From: Syntrophorhabdales bacterium
GTDB taxonomy: Bacteria > Desulfobacterota > Syntrophorhabdia > Syntrophorhabdales > WCHB1-27
Direction: 5' to 3'
Assembly (NCBI GenBank): GCA_035315185.1
Contig: DATFYE010000027.1
Span: 4,021-68,020 of the forward strand
Length of the DNA: 64,000 nucleotides
Position 1 is the first letter of the stretch; every line of letters starts with the position of its first letter. The notes under the pieces are model-generated. The model worked only from the letters and a program-made list of their open reading frames with translations, was not told the origin of the DNA and searched no databases. Shown here piece by piece: positions 27,157 through 35,800 of the stretch. Position numbers and translations under genes: made by a program.

Positions 27157-27411
27157 TCACATCCCTTTCGGTATAACATCGACGATTTCCAGTATCTGCA
27201 TCGAACAAGGGGTCTCTATGAGCTGCCCCCTCCCGAGCCTCAACCAGAGCCTTTCAGGATACTTCTCCGGATCAAGAGATATCTTGATCTTCGCGTGCGT
27301 TGACCGATACTTCTTTCTGCCCGGAGAGAGGTCCCGTATTACAGCCACCCACTCCTCACCCTCTCGTAAGTCACCAAAGTTTTTCTGTATAAACGTGTCC
27401 CAGACCGGCAT
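27157..27411 (-). CDS. 84-aa protein in the position and size of a phenylphosphate carboxylase gamma subunit (PpcC-like)
   Basis: It is wedged between two UbiD genes with 3- and 9-nt spacers and is ~10 kDa. The call rests on context and size only. Confidence 0.4.
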   Translation of the reverse strand: MPVWDTFIQKNFGDLREGEEWVAVIRDLSPGRKKYRSTHAKIKISLDPEKYPERLWLRLGRGQLIETPCSMQILEIVDVIPKGM

Positions 27412-27420
27412 GAAGACCTC

Positions 27421-28866
27421 CTAATCTTTGAAGCCGTACGTGCGCCACTTACTGAGCACGCGCTCTTGTATATCTTTGGGATAAGTGCTGTTGAAGGAGA
27501 CCGGGATGGGCAGGTCCGACGCAGGCCATTCCGGCGGGAAGAGACAGTCGAAAACAACCTTGGGGGTCCTGCTGAATTTTCGCTCCTCCGGGCTACAGAA
27601 GGGATTGAGTGGCGTGCCGAAACCGTGCTCTGTGACCCGGATGCCTCTCACCGGGTGGCAGCGTGTGCAGAGCGCGTGAATAATCGCATCCTTATTGTAG
27701 ATATCGGTCTTGTCATCCACTACGAGCACCATATGAAACCATGCGCCAAATTTGCTGCCGAACACGAGCTGGCTGATCTGGGTGGCGATGTTCGCGTAGA
27801 TCGGCTTTACGCCTACAACCACGAGATGATGCGTTGACTCCGGCAGCATATAGACCCCTGAGATGGGCAGTCCCTGGTCTCTCAGCATCCGGTCCATTTC
27901 AAGCGCCATCGAGAAAGAGCGGAGCAACTGTCCTTCGTCCGTTGGCACACCCATGTTGGAAACAGCCATGATCGGTTTCTTGCGCATAGTTACGGCCCTG
28001 ACACGGTAGACCGTCCGTTTATCGCGCGGGCTTGTCCTGTAACCCGTGTACTCGCCGAAGGGCGCTTCCTCTATGGTGAGGTTGGGCACAATTATACCCT
28101 CGATAATAATCTCTGCATGGGCCGGCACATACAGGTCACAGGTTTCACATTTCACGACCTCAACCGGCTCACCCATCAATTGCCCCGTAAACTCGGACTC
28201 CGCGATAGGGCTTGGAGCAGAGCTCGCTATGGCTGAAAGAGGATCAGGACTTATCACCGTGGCAAAAGGCATGGGAAGGTTGCGCGGAGCGTACTTGCCG
28301 TAAAGCATCTTACCCATGTCGGAGAAGGGGAGTACGGGGCCGACCATGGTTTTCTCATCAAAAAGCATCTGCCGGTACATACCCCAGTTGACGAAGTCCG
28401 TGTCATAATCTTTGGCCACGACAAAGTGCCAGGTACAGATATAGCGCCCCCCGTCACCGTCGTGGACCATGGGCGCCGGAAGATTGAGAAGGTTCGCGTC
28501 ATCGCCCGTGAGGATAATCTCTTTGCAGGGCGCATCCTTCCTGTCGATGATGCGAGGCGCGATCGGCGCTCCACGCGTTCTCTTCAAGTATTCTCCTTGT
28601 ATCTCGGGAATCGACGCCTCGGGAGGCAGGCCGAAACAGATGGCGAGCCGTCGGTACGTGGCTATCGGGGCACCGAAGGCTTCAAAGTCAGGATAGTCTT
28701 TTATTTTTTTGAAGTAAGCGGCAGGTGATTTGCGTTCACACATCCTGCGCACGATGGCGCCCATCTCAAGGTCCCAGTCCACCTCCTCGTTTACGACGAC
28801 AGCATCTCCCGTTTTCAGGAGCGCTTCAATGTAAGTCCTGTTGTCCTTGTAGTATTTATAAGCCAT
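27421..28866 (-). CDS. UbiD-family carboxylase subunit, phenylphosphate-carboxylase alpha/beta-like
   Basis: 481 aa UbiD fold. RBS AGGAGG. Confidence 0.8.
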   Translation of the reverse strand: MAYKYYKDNRTYIEALLKTGDAVVVNEEVDWDLEMGAIVRRMCERKSPAAYFKKIKDYPDFEAFGAPIATYRRLAICFGLPPEASIPEIQGEYLKRTRGAPIAPRIIDRKDAPCKEIILTGDDANLLNLPAPMVHDGDGGRYICTWHFVVAKDYDTDFVNWGMYRQMLFDEKTMVGPVLPFSDMGKMLYGKYAPRNLPMPFATVISPDPLSAIASSAPSPIAESEFTGQLMGEPVEVVKCETCDLYVPAHAEIIIEGIIVPNLTIEEAPFGEYTGYRTSPRDKRTVYRVRAVTMRKKPIMAVSNMGVPTDEGQLLRSFSMALEMDRMLRDQGLPISGVYMLPESTHHLVVVGVKPIYANIATQISQLVFGSKFGAWFHMVLVVDDKTDIYNKDAIIHALCTRCHPVRGIRVTEHGFGTPLNPFCSPEERKFSRTPKVVFDCLFPPEWPASDLPIPVSFNSTYPKDIQERVLSKWRTYGFKD

Positions 28867-29112
28867 CCGTTACCTCCTAGTATCGGTTCGTCTTCAGGTG
28901 CATAGCTTCGTTGTCGCTGCGTCACTCTCCTCCTGCCACCCGTGTGGACTTGTCTGTGCCCGTTGGAAAGACGGTGCTCACGGGTACCCGGCGAAAACAA
29001 TCCTCGCTGCCGCCTCGCTCTCCATCCTGAATACGAGCCGCTACTTACGTGTAAGCAATAGCACGATTGGTCGTAAGCATTCTGAGGCATGAGCCTACGT
29101 CATCATTAATCG

Positions 29113-29643
29113 CTATTGATAATGCGCCACAAGCTGGTCCCACTTCCCTTGAACTTTCAAGATGAATTCAGCGAGTTCCCGTGCTACCCCTTTTCCTCCG
29201 CCGGCCTTGGTCACGAGATCCGCAATTGCCCGAGCCTCGGGCGAGCCGTCCGCCGGCGCCACCGAAAAGAAGACGCGCTTCATGATACCCAGGTCGATCA
29301 TCTCATCACCCACATAACAGATGACATCGTCCTTGAGCCCCGACTGCTGTTCAAATTCATCGAGCCTGGCCATCTTTGCAGAGCTTCCCCAGAGCATATC
29401 GGGCGGAACGCCGTAGATCTTGGCCATCTGCTCCACGTCCCTCGACACTTTACTCGTCAGGAAAGAGACCCCCACGCCTGAATCCATGAGAGCCTTGATA
29501 CCGATGCGGTCCTGGAGAGAGAATGCTTCCGATTTCACCCCGTCCTGTGTATAGAAGAGGGTGTTGTCCGTAAGGATACCGTGAATATCAAAGATGACAA
29601 ACTTCACTTTCTTTGCCTTTTCAATTGCTTCTGCCTGACCCAT
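29113..29643 (-). CDS. KdsC-type HAD protein (phenylphosphate carboxylase delta-like), copy 2
   Basis: About 176 aa from ATG 29643 (RBS GGGGGTGAGG). Motif I reads FDIHG instead of DxDG. It is a paralog of the adjacent gene. Confidence 0.65.
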   Translation of the reverse strand: MGQAEAIEKAKKVKFVIFDIHGILTDNTLFYTQDGVKSEAFSLQDRIGIKALMDSGVGVSFLTSKVSRDVEQMAKIYGVPPDMLWGSSAKMARLDEFEQQSGLKDDVICYVGDEMIDLGIMKRVFFSVAPADGSPEARAIADLVTKAGGGKGVARELAEFILKVQGKWDQLVAHYQ

Positions 29644-29655
29644 CGTCCTCACCCC

Positions 29656-30213
29656 CTATTTGTAACCCATCTTTGTTACTTTCTCCACCCACTCATCCCA
29701 CTTGCCCATTGACCGCAGGATGAATTCACAGATTTCCCTTATGGGACCCCTGCCACCAGGCGCAGACGTTACGTGGTGAGCCAGTTCTTTCACTTCGGGA
29801 ATGGCATCGGCCACAGCCACCGCAAACCCAACCTTCTTCATCACCGGTATGTCGGATAGCTCGCACCCGATGTAACCGATCTGATCATCGGTCAGGTTCA
29901 GTTCCTTTTTCAGTTCTTCCAGCTTGGCCGTTTTGTCTGTCACGGCAAAGTACATCTTGTCGAGCTTCAATTCCTTTGCCCGATACAATCCTTCACCGTC
30001 GATGGAGGTACTATCGAGAAAGACGGGCTTTATGTCGTTCGCCATCATCGACAGGTCTCCAAACCCGTCCATGTGCCAGAAAGCGTACCGCCTGTTCCCT
30101 TCGACATCGCAGAAGACGGTATTCGTCGTGAGTACCCCATGGATGTCATGGGCAAATAGCTTTATCTTCTTTGCCCGCTCTTTCGCATCATTGATATTTT
30201 TTTCCAATGCCAT
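29656..30213 (-). CDS. KdsC-type HAD protein (phenylphosphate carboxylase delta-like), copy 1
   Basis: 185 aa. Motif I reads HDIHGVLT. KdsC-like length and pattern. Confidence 0.65.
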   Translation of the reverse strand: MALEKNINDAKERAKKIKLFAHDIHGVLTTNTVFCDVEGNRRYAFWHMDGFGDLSMMANDIKPVFLDSTSIDGEGLYRAKELKLDKMYFAVTDKTAKLEELKKELNLTDDQIGYIGCELSDIPVMKKVGFAVAVADAIPEVKELAHHVTSAPGGRGPIREICEFILRSMGKWDEWVEKVTKMGYK

Positions 30214-30255
30214 CGCTCATTCCTCCCTTCAATCTGTTAATGGGGCTCGCGGCGT

Positions 30256-31674
30256 TCAATCGATTCCATATTCAGACCATCTGGCTTTGACCTTGGCAAG
30301 CATGCCTTCTGAAAGCTTGATCTCCGTGGGCTTAACTTTCCATTCGAAAGGTATGGTTGCATCCAGGATGATGCGTGAGGTGATAAACTTGTTCTCGTCA
30401 GCTCCAATGGCTGGATCGAGCGGAGTTGACCTGCCCCTGTTAATGATCTGAGTGCCTCTAAGAGGATTGTAGCGCGTACCGAGTGCCCACCATACTCTCG
30501 GAAGATCATCTGCATCGATATCATCATCCACGATGATGACGCATTTGATTCCGTACGTGCCGGTGTTGCTTGCGATGACCGCGGCACCCACCTGGTCCGC
30601 ATGGCCGGGATACATCTGCTGCACGGAAACGACTACTATGAAACGTCCTGAGCCTTCCGGCAGCGTATAGACCGACTTGATGCCGGGGATTTCCATCTTG
30701 ACCAGGTCAGTCCATAAGGAGGCGTTACGCGTAAAGGCGTAGAGCATATGCTGGTCGCCCACAGGCCTGCCAACGCTTGTCTCCCAGAGAATGGGGTTGT
30801 TTCTAAAGTAGACGCGCTTGACGTCAAGGGCGGGCTTGGGGATAGGTTTTATGAGTTCTTCCGTGTAGTAACCTGTGTACTCGCCGAAGGGCCCCTCGTT
30901 CCTCAGTTGTTGAGGATCGACCTCCCCTTCGAGGACGATCTCTGCGGCAGCCGGGATAGGAAGCCCTGTGAGCTGGCCTTTTACGACATCAACAGGTTCG
31001 CCGCGCAGAGAGCTTACCACATCGTATCCGCTCTTTGCTTTGACCGTTGCAGCGCTGGCAAAGATATGCAGCGGATCGCCGCCTATGATCGCGCAGGCAG
31101 GCATCTTCTTGCCCGCCTTAGCGTATTTCTTCATGATCCTGTCGCCTGTCTTCCCTTTTAGTATCTGGACGCCTATGGTCTTGTTGTCGAGGATGCCCAT
31201 GCGGTAGGTACCGAGGTTTATGTTGCCGGTCTCAGGGTCCTGCAATACCATGAATACTGCGGTGCCGAAATAGCGCCCTCCATCCAGCTCATAAAACTTG
31301 GGCGAAGGAAAGGCAAACGTGTCCACCTTGTCACCCTCAACGACGTTCTCGAAAATGGGACCGTCTTTCACTTCCTTTGCCCGGATCACTTCCTTGACCG
31401 CGACACTGACCCACTCCTTGGTAAGCTCCACCATGGAGAGCTTCGGACTCTTTCCAAGGATCATTGCCAGCCTCTGCGTGGTGCCGAATGCACCGGTCAG
31501 AACGGGGCTCTTATATCCCTTCACGTTTTCGAACAACAGTGCCGGGCCGCTCTTCTCTTCAACGACCTTTGCGACATGAGAGATTTCCAGATCCCAGTCT
31601 ACTTCCGCTCTTACCCTTTTTAGCTGCCCCTCTTTTTCGCACAAAGATATGAAGTCTCTAAGATCCATACGCAC
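30256..31674 (-). CDS. UbiD-family decarboxylase/carboxylase, third paralog (first gene of the operon)
   Basis: 472 aa UbiD fold. RBS GGGGG. Confidence 0.8.
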   Translation of the reverse strand: MRMDLRDFISLCEKEGQLKRVRAEVDWDLEISHVAKVVEEKSGPALLFENVKGYKSPVLTGAFGTTQRLAMILGKSPKLSMVELTKEWVSVAVKEVIRAKEVKDGPIFENVVEGDKVDTFAFPSPKFYELDGGRYFGTAVFMVLQDPETGNINLGTYRMGILDNKTIGVQILKGKTGDRIMKKYAKAGKKMPACAIIGGDPLHIFASAATVKAKSGYDVVSSLRGEPVDVVKGQLTGLPIPAAAEIVLEGEVDPQQLRNEGPFGEYTGYYTEELIKPIPKPALDVKRVYFRNNPILWETSVGRPVGDQHMLYAFTRNASLWTDLVKMEIPGIKSVYTLPEGSGRFIVVVSVQQMYPGHADQVGAAVIASNTGTYGIKCVIIVDDDIDADDLPRVWWALGTRYNPLRGTQIINRGRSTPLDPAIGADENKFITSRIILDATIPFEWKVKPTEIKLSEGMLAKVKARWSEYGID

Positions 31675-31685
31675 CCCCTTTAAAA

Positions 31686-31811
31686 TCAGTGATCAGTGAT
31701 CACTGATCAGTAAAGTAACGCTTCAGTATCTCTTACCTCTTACTCACGTCATTTACTGCTTATTGGCGACTTGTCACTGATCACTACTTACTGATCACTT
31801 TAGTCTCAGTA
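31686..31811. repeat. 18-unit phase-coherent heptamer array in the 5' leader, including a perfect 20-bp palindrome
   Basis: TCAGTGA TCAGTGA TCACTGA TCAGTAA ... CTGATCA CTACTTA CTGATCA CTTTAGT CTCAGTA. The palindrome TGATCAGTGATCACTGATCA is at 31690-31709, 16 nt upstream of the UbiD ATG. Confidence 0.7.
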
Positions 31812-31818
31812 TGCACCA

Positions 31819-31846
31819 ATTGTATGCTGTCTGCTTGACATGTCAA
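31819..31846 (-). promoter_or_regulatory. Sigma-70 promoter for the UbiD/HAD (ppc-like) operon
   Basis: The minus strand reads TTGACA (31846-31841)-N16-TACAAT (31824-19). Confidence 0.55.
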
Positions 31847-31864
31847 TTCATTTGTTTTTATACT
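31835..31864 (+). promoter_or_regulatory. Sigma-70 promoter for the LysR gene, back-to-back with the ppc promoter
   Basis: TTGACA (31835-40)-N17/18-TTATAC/TATACT. The two -35 boxes together form the palindrome TTGACATGTCAA. Confidence 0.5.
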
Positions 31865-31879
31865 CTATAAGTAAAACTT

Positions 31880-32767
31880 ATGCTCTCTTATTCTTTAGGT
31901 TCGCTCATTGTTTTTTCCAAGGTGGTCAAATATAAGAGCTTCTCCAGGGCAGCGGACGCGCTTTTCATGACCCAGCCCGGTGTCTCGAATCACGTTGCGC
32001 AGCTGGAGGCCCAGGCCGGCTTGAGCCTGCTTAGGAGGGATAGGGGAAAATTTGAACTGACGAAAGAAGGGAAGGTGGTTTACAGGTACGCTCAGAAAAT
32101 CGAGAAGGTGGCGCGGGAGCTTGAAGATACACTGCATGCACTCCACAATGAGATACGTCCTTTGCTTCGAGTAGGGACTGTGCCAACCTATTCGAGAATC
32201 ATGATGCCTCATGTGCTCGGAGGTTTTCAAAAGGAATACCCCGGCATCAAGATAAAACTGGATGTGGGTTCTTCCAGCGAAATGGAAAAGAGCCTGCTCT
32301 CGGGCCAGAACGATATCATAATAGTGGCCAGCCTGCACGTCTCAAAAAAGATGCAGGCTTTCCCTGCCGTGCGGGAAGAGCTTGTGCTGATTGCGGCTAA
32401 AAACCATCCTCTGACGCGAAAGAAGGCGGTTTCTTTGTCCGACGTTAAAGCTTACCCGTTCATCATCAGGGAAGAGGGTTCTGCAACGCGCGACGTGGTG
32501 CTTTCGGCCTTTTCGAAGATGGACATTACGCCTTCGGTGCTCATCGAAGCAAAGAGCACTGAATTCATCAAGGAGTGGGTGGCTCAGGGGAAGGGTGTTT
32601 CCGTCCTCATCAGGCGCGCAGTAGGTGGCGAAGAGGATAAGTCCATCACCCTTGTCCCGTTGCGTGAGCCACTCTTCTTAGAGGTTTCAGTGCTTTTCCT
32701 GAAAGCTCGGCGCTACGATCCATCGATTCAGAAGTTTGTTGGTCATGTTAAGGAATTACGGTTATAA
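31880..32767 (+). CDS. LysR-family transcriptional regulator
   Basis: 295 aa. N-terminal wHTH (FSRAADALFMTQPGVSNHVAQLE) and a C-terminal substrate-binding domain. It is divergent from the catabolic operon. Confidence 0.9.
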   Translation: MLSYSLGSLIVFSKVVKYKSFSRAADALFMTQPGVSNHVAQLEAQAGLSLLRRDRGKFELTKEGKVVYRYAQKIEKVARELEDTLHALHNEIRPLLRVGTVPTYSRIMMPHVLGGFQKEYPGIKIKLDVGSSSEMEKSLLSGQNDIIIVASLHVSKKMQAFPAVREELVLIAAKNHPLTRKKAVSLSDVKAYPFIIREEGSATRDVVLSAFSKMDITPSVLIEAKSTEFIKEWVAQGKGVSVLIRRAVGGEEDKSITLVPLREPLFLEVSVLFLKARRYDPSIQKFVGHVKELRL

Positions 32768-32825
32768 ATGCAGTAGTGTAGTACCCCACGATATTGTATT
32801 CAGTCTGGTGTCCGAATCCTAAGGT

Positions 32826-33239
32826 CTACTGTGTGAATTTTTTGATGATTTTCGCGGTAAGCTTGCGGCAGAGCTTCTCAACCATCTCTATCTCATCGTC
32901 TGTCAAGTTGTCCCAATGGATACCTGCGACGACCACCGAATTCCGCGCAAGCTTGCGGGTGAGTTCCTCAGCGAACGGTTTGGCCAGCAAGTCTTCCTTG
33001 TGGCCGAGAAAGGTGAATACCGAACTGGTCGCTGACGTTTCTTCTGCGTCCCTCAGGCTCTGGCGTACCTGGGCCATGCCCACTGCCCCGATATGAGGGA
33101 AAGTGCCACCCCAGATGGCCACCAGAATGTCGGGCCCCATCTCGCGGATGGCGGCATTGATCTTGAACTTTCCTTGCTTTACGGATACCGCGCAAGATCT
33201 CACAGATGATGATAAACCGGTACCGGGCGCAGCAGCCAT
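32826..33239 (-). CDS. Small alpha/beta protein, possible LpdD-like prenylated-flavin chaperone
   Basis: 137 aa. The motif ILVAIWGGTFPHIGAVGMA matches my recollection of LpdD-family proteins. Context is a UbiD/UbiX cluster. Not verified. Confidence 0.35.
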   Translation of the reverse strand: MAAAPGTGLSSSVRSCAVSVKQGKFKINAAIREMGPDILVAIWGGTFPHIGAVGMAQVRQSLRDAEETSATSSVFTFLGHKEDLLAKPFAEELTRKLARNSVVVAGIHWDNLTDDEIEMVEKLCRKLTAKIIKKFTQ

Positions 33240-33240
33240 G

Positions 33241-34473
33241 TCACAAGCCCCCCGGGTGCGAAGCCTTTATCATGCCATCCAGAATCTCCACCGCCCTCTC
33301 AGCGAAGGCGGGCTCACTTATGTGCACATCGAGCTCTTCGACGAGCACGCGAGGGTCAAGGAGGGTCTTAAGCTTCTCTGTGAAGACGCGGTCGACAGTC
33401 GGATCGAAGAGCGCCATGCCTTCTTTGTCAGCGTCCGACCATCCTTTCATGGGAATGAGGACACGTACGGGCCCCCTGCCTTTGTTGAGTTTGTCCGCCA
33501 CGATCTTCGCGAACTTCTCCATTTCAGCAGCTTCCATGCGCACGCAGAATCGGGTGTCATGGCCGTGGGTTCTTCTTCCCCTGAGCTCATCGGGCATAGG
33601 ATAGTAAGGGCTGAATACCGCATTGTCAAGACCGCCCGGTGCAAACACAAGCGGAATGCCCATTTTGCCAGCCGTCTCAAGCCGCTCAGGGCCGATGCCT
33701 TTGCAGTACCCTCCGAACATTTCATCGGCTATCTCGTGGGGGTTGAAGTCGAGCACCCCCGCGATGAGCCCTTCGGTGATCAACTCTTCCATCGCCATCC
33801 CGCCGCAACCGTTCGCATGGAACCCTATCATGTCATAACCTCTGGCGTCCAGAAGCGGCTCTGCCAACATGGCACACTTGGAGTTGATGCCATAAGCGGT
33901 CACCCCAACCATGGGGCGTTCCGTTCTAATTATGCTCTCCCTCTCCATCATGCCGCAGACAGCATAGGCAGCCTGGGCCAGGATGTGGCGCATAAAATCA
34001 TTGAATCCCAGAAGGTCTGCTACGGAGTGAAACATTACGATATCTTTTGTCCCGACATATTCTCTCACGTCCCGCGATGCAACCGTTGACACAACCACCT
34101 TCGGGAAACCAAAAGGCAGCGAGCGCATGATGAAGGTTACAATAGCCGTGCCTGTCCCGCCCCCGAGACCGATGACACCATCGATCTGGCCCCTTTGTTG
34201 AAGCCGCGTCGCCATGATGGCCCCGCCTGTCTGCACCGTCCGGACTGCCGTGGACCTGTCCTGCTCTGCCAGGTTTGTATCGAGCTCAGACCCGGCTGCA
34301 TAGGTCAGATCGTCCCGGGTAAGATCAGGAGGGGCCTGGGGCGGACTAAGGGTGCCGACGTCCATGAGCAGGGTCTTAGCGCCTCGCTCTTCGGCGCACT
34401 CCCTGATATAGGCGGCCTCTCGCGCTTTTGTATCCAGCGTAGCGATGACGAGGAGCCGTTTTCTCGAACTCAT
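33241..34473 (-). CDS. Tm-1-like ATP-binding protein (UPF0261 family)
   Basis: 410 aa. The N-terminus KRLLVIATLDTKAREAAYIRE... and overall pattern fit UPF0261. Confidence 0.7.
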   Translation of the reverse strand: MSSRKRLLVIATLDTKAREAAYIRECAEERGAKTLLMDVGTLSPPQAPPDLTRDDLTYAAGSELDTNLAEQDRSTAVRTVQTGGAIMATRLQQRGQIDGVIGLGGGTGTAIVTFIMRSLPFGFPKVVVSTVASRDVREYVGTKDIVMFHSVADLLGFNDFMRHILAQAAYAVCGMMERESIIRTERPMVGVTAYGINSKCAMLAEPLLDARGYDMIGFHANGCGGMAMEELITEGLIAGVLDFNPHEIADEMFGGYCKGIGPERLETAGKMGIPLVFAPGGLDNAVFSPYYPMPDELRGRRTHGHDTRFCVRMEAAEMEKFAKIVADKLNKGRGPVRVLIPMKGWSDADKEGMALFDPTVDRVFTEKLKTLLDPRVLVEELDVHISEPAFAERAVEILDGMIKASHPGGL

Positions 34474-34523
34474 GGCAGCTGGTCTCCTTCAGTTTTCCCG
34501 CGCAGATCCGTCTTTTTGCCTCT

Positions 34524-35633
34524 CTACACGCTTTGGTCCGGTGGCGGGGTTCCCGGCGGATTGGGTAACGTCAATGGCCACCTCAGCCAAAAGGCATTGT
34601 GGGCGATAAAAGCGGGCGCCAGAATGCAGAGATTGAGATAGATGATAAGGATGTTTATGTCAGCAGGAAGCTTAGCGGCTGCGACGGCATCGGCAGCGGG
34701 ACCCAATATTACGTTGCAGATGGCGATCCAGACAGCGCTGATCACAAACACAACTATAATGGCCGCGATGGCCCTTGTCGCACCTGTAAGTTTTGTGATC
34801 CCCCAGAACTGGAAATGCCAGGAGTAAAGGAGTGACCAGGTGACAATGGAAGAAGCTACAGCCCCGAAAGAGAATGTGGGACCGACACCGATTGCCAGAC
34901 TCCCGCTCCAGCATATGAGAGCTAGAATGTGCGAGAGGATGGTCTGACCTATGGCTGCTCCGGGATGACCCCATTTGGTAAAGGGCCAGCCCTGGGTTAC
35001 GAAGACGGGGCAGAATACGAAGAACCAGGCGATTGCCCATACGATGTATCCTGTGAGCCAGTTCACGTTGAGAGGACCTTTATGGTCCATCGGCGTATTG
35101 GCGACCGGCGTTCCATCAAGGTTCGTCAGGAGATTCCAGACGAGGATGGTAACAACCATAACAACGACGAACCCTGCCGCCATAGTGCCCCAAGGGTGGA
35201 GCCGCCCCTTGAAGGGCCAGGTATTCCAGTTCTTGCCGTAGAGGAGCGTACACCAGAACCCTATTGCGCCAAACCAGAGATAAAGAGGTCCGATTGGCCA
35301 TTGCGGATAGACGAATCGCATGAAGAGCAGGATTAGAAAAGTGAATACGGCCCACAGTATGGTCATCTTAATTCCTACCGCGACCCGTGACTTCGCAGGC
35401 GTCCAGTTACCCGCAGGAGGTGCACACGGAAAGCAATCCCCTATGAGCACCAGGTGCCCCTCTGCAATGAGCATGATAAGAATCGCAGGTAGTAGCTTCA
35501 ATACAAGCAATGCCGGCGGTACCGCATATACAAAACAGAGAACTCCGAGGATCGCCATGGCAAGGAATTGAATGAGACCGCCTGCCCTCCCCTCCGGACC
35601 GATGCCAATCTTTGCCTGCTTTTCGTTTCCCAT
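34524..35633 (-). CDS. Trp-rich polytopic membrane protein of unrecognised family
   Basis: 369 aa with about 9-10 TM helices. About 24 Trp residues (6.5%), for example YPQWPIGPLYLWFGAIGFWCTLLYGKNWNTWPF. Confidence 0.6.
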   Translation of the reverse strand: MGNEKQAKIGIGPEGRAGGLIQFLAMAILGVLCFVYAVPPALLVLKLLPAILIMLIAEGHLVLIGDCFPCAPPAGNWTPAKSRVAVGIKMTILWAVFTFLILLFMRFVYPQWPIGPLYLWFGAIGFWCTLLYGKNWNTWPFKGRLHPWGTMAAGFVVVMVVTILVWNLLTNLDGTPVANTPMDHKGPLNVNWLTGYIVWAIAWFFVFCPVFVTQGWPFTKWGHPGAAIGQTILSHILALICWSGSLAIGVGPTFSFGAVASSIVTWSLLYSWHFQFWGITKLTGATRAIAAIIVVFVISAVWIAICNVILGPAADAVAAAKLPADINILIIYLNLCILAPAFIAHNAFWLRWPLTLPNPPGTPPPDQSV

Positions 35634-35800
35634 AACTCCCCCCTTTTTTTACTACTTTCGATGTCTCATGCAATACCCGACGGGTTAGCGCTCCCCACTT
35701 TGTCGCATGTCCCCGGTCCTTTACAATATCTCCGCACCCCGTCACCCACCCTCGAATCTGTTGCGTGCTTTGGGCCCTTGAAGCCTCGGACCCCTGAACC

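Noticed and set aside
28867-29112. 246-nt gap inside the ppc-like cluster as a riboswitch or internal sigma-54 promoter
   Set aside because: There is no GG-N10-GC match, no recognisable riboswitch core and no heptamer phasing. Only weak 4-bp stems were found.
31686-31811. Short-repeat arrays considered as CRISPR
   Set aside because: The units are 7 nt and directly abutting, with no unique spacers. The arrays are 28-126 nt long, and there are no cas genes in the window.
33103-34089. Long plus-strand ORFs opposite well-supported minus-strand genes (also 37122..38054, 55268..56452, 62208..63269, 52936..53694)
   Set aside because: These are shadow ORFs typical of GC-rich coding DNA. Their sequences are Arg/Pro/Gly-rich with no motifs, and each lies fully inside a gene that has clear family signatures.
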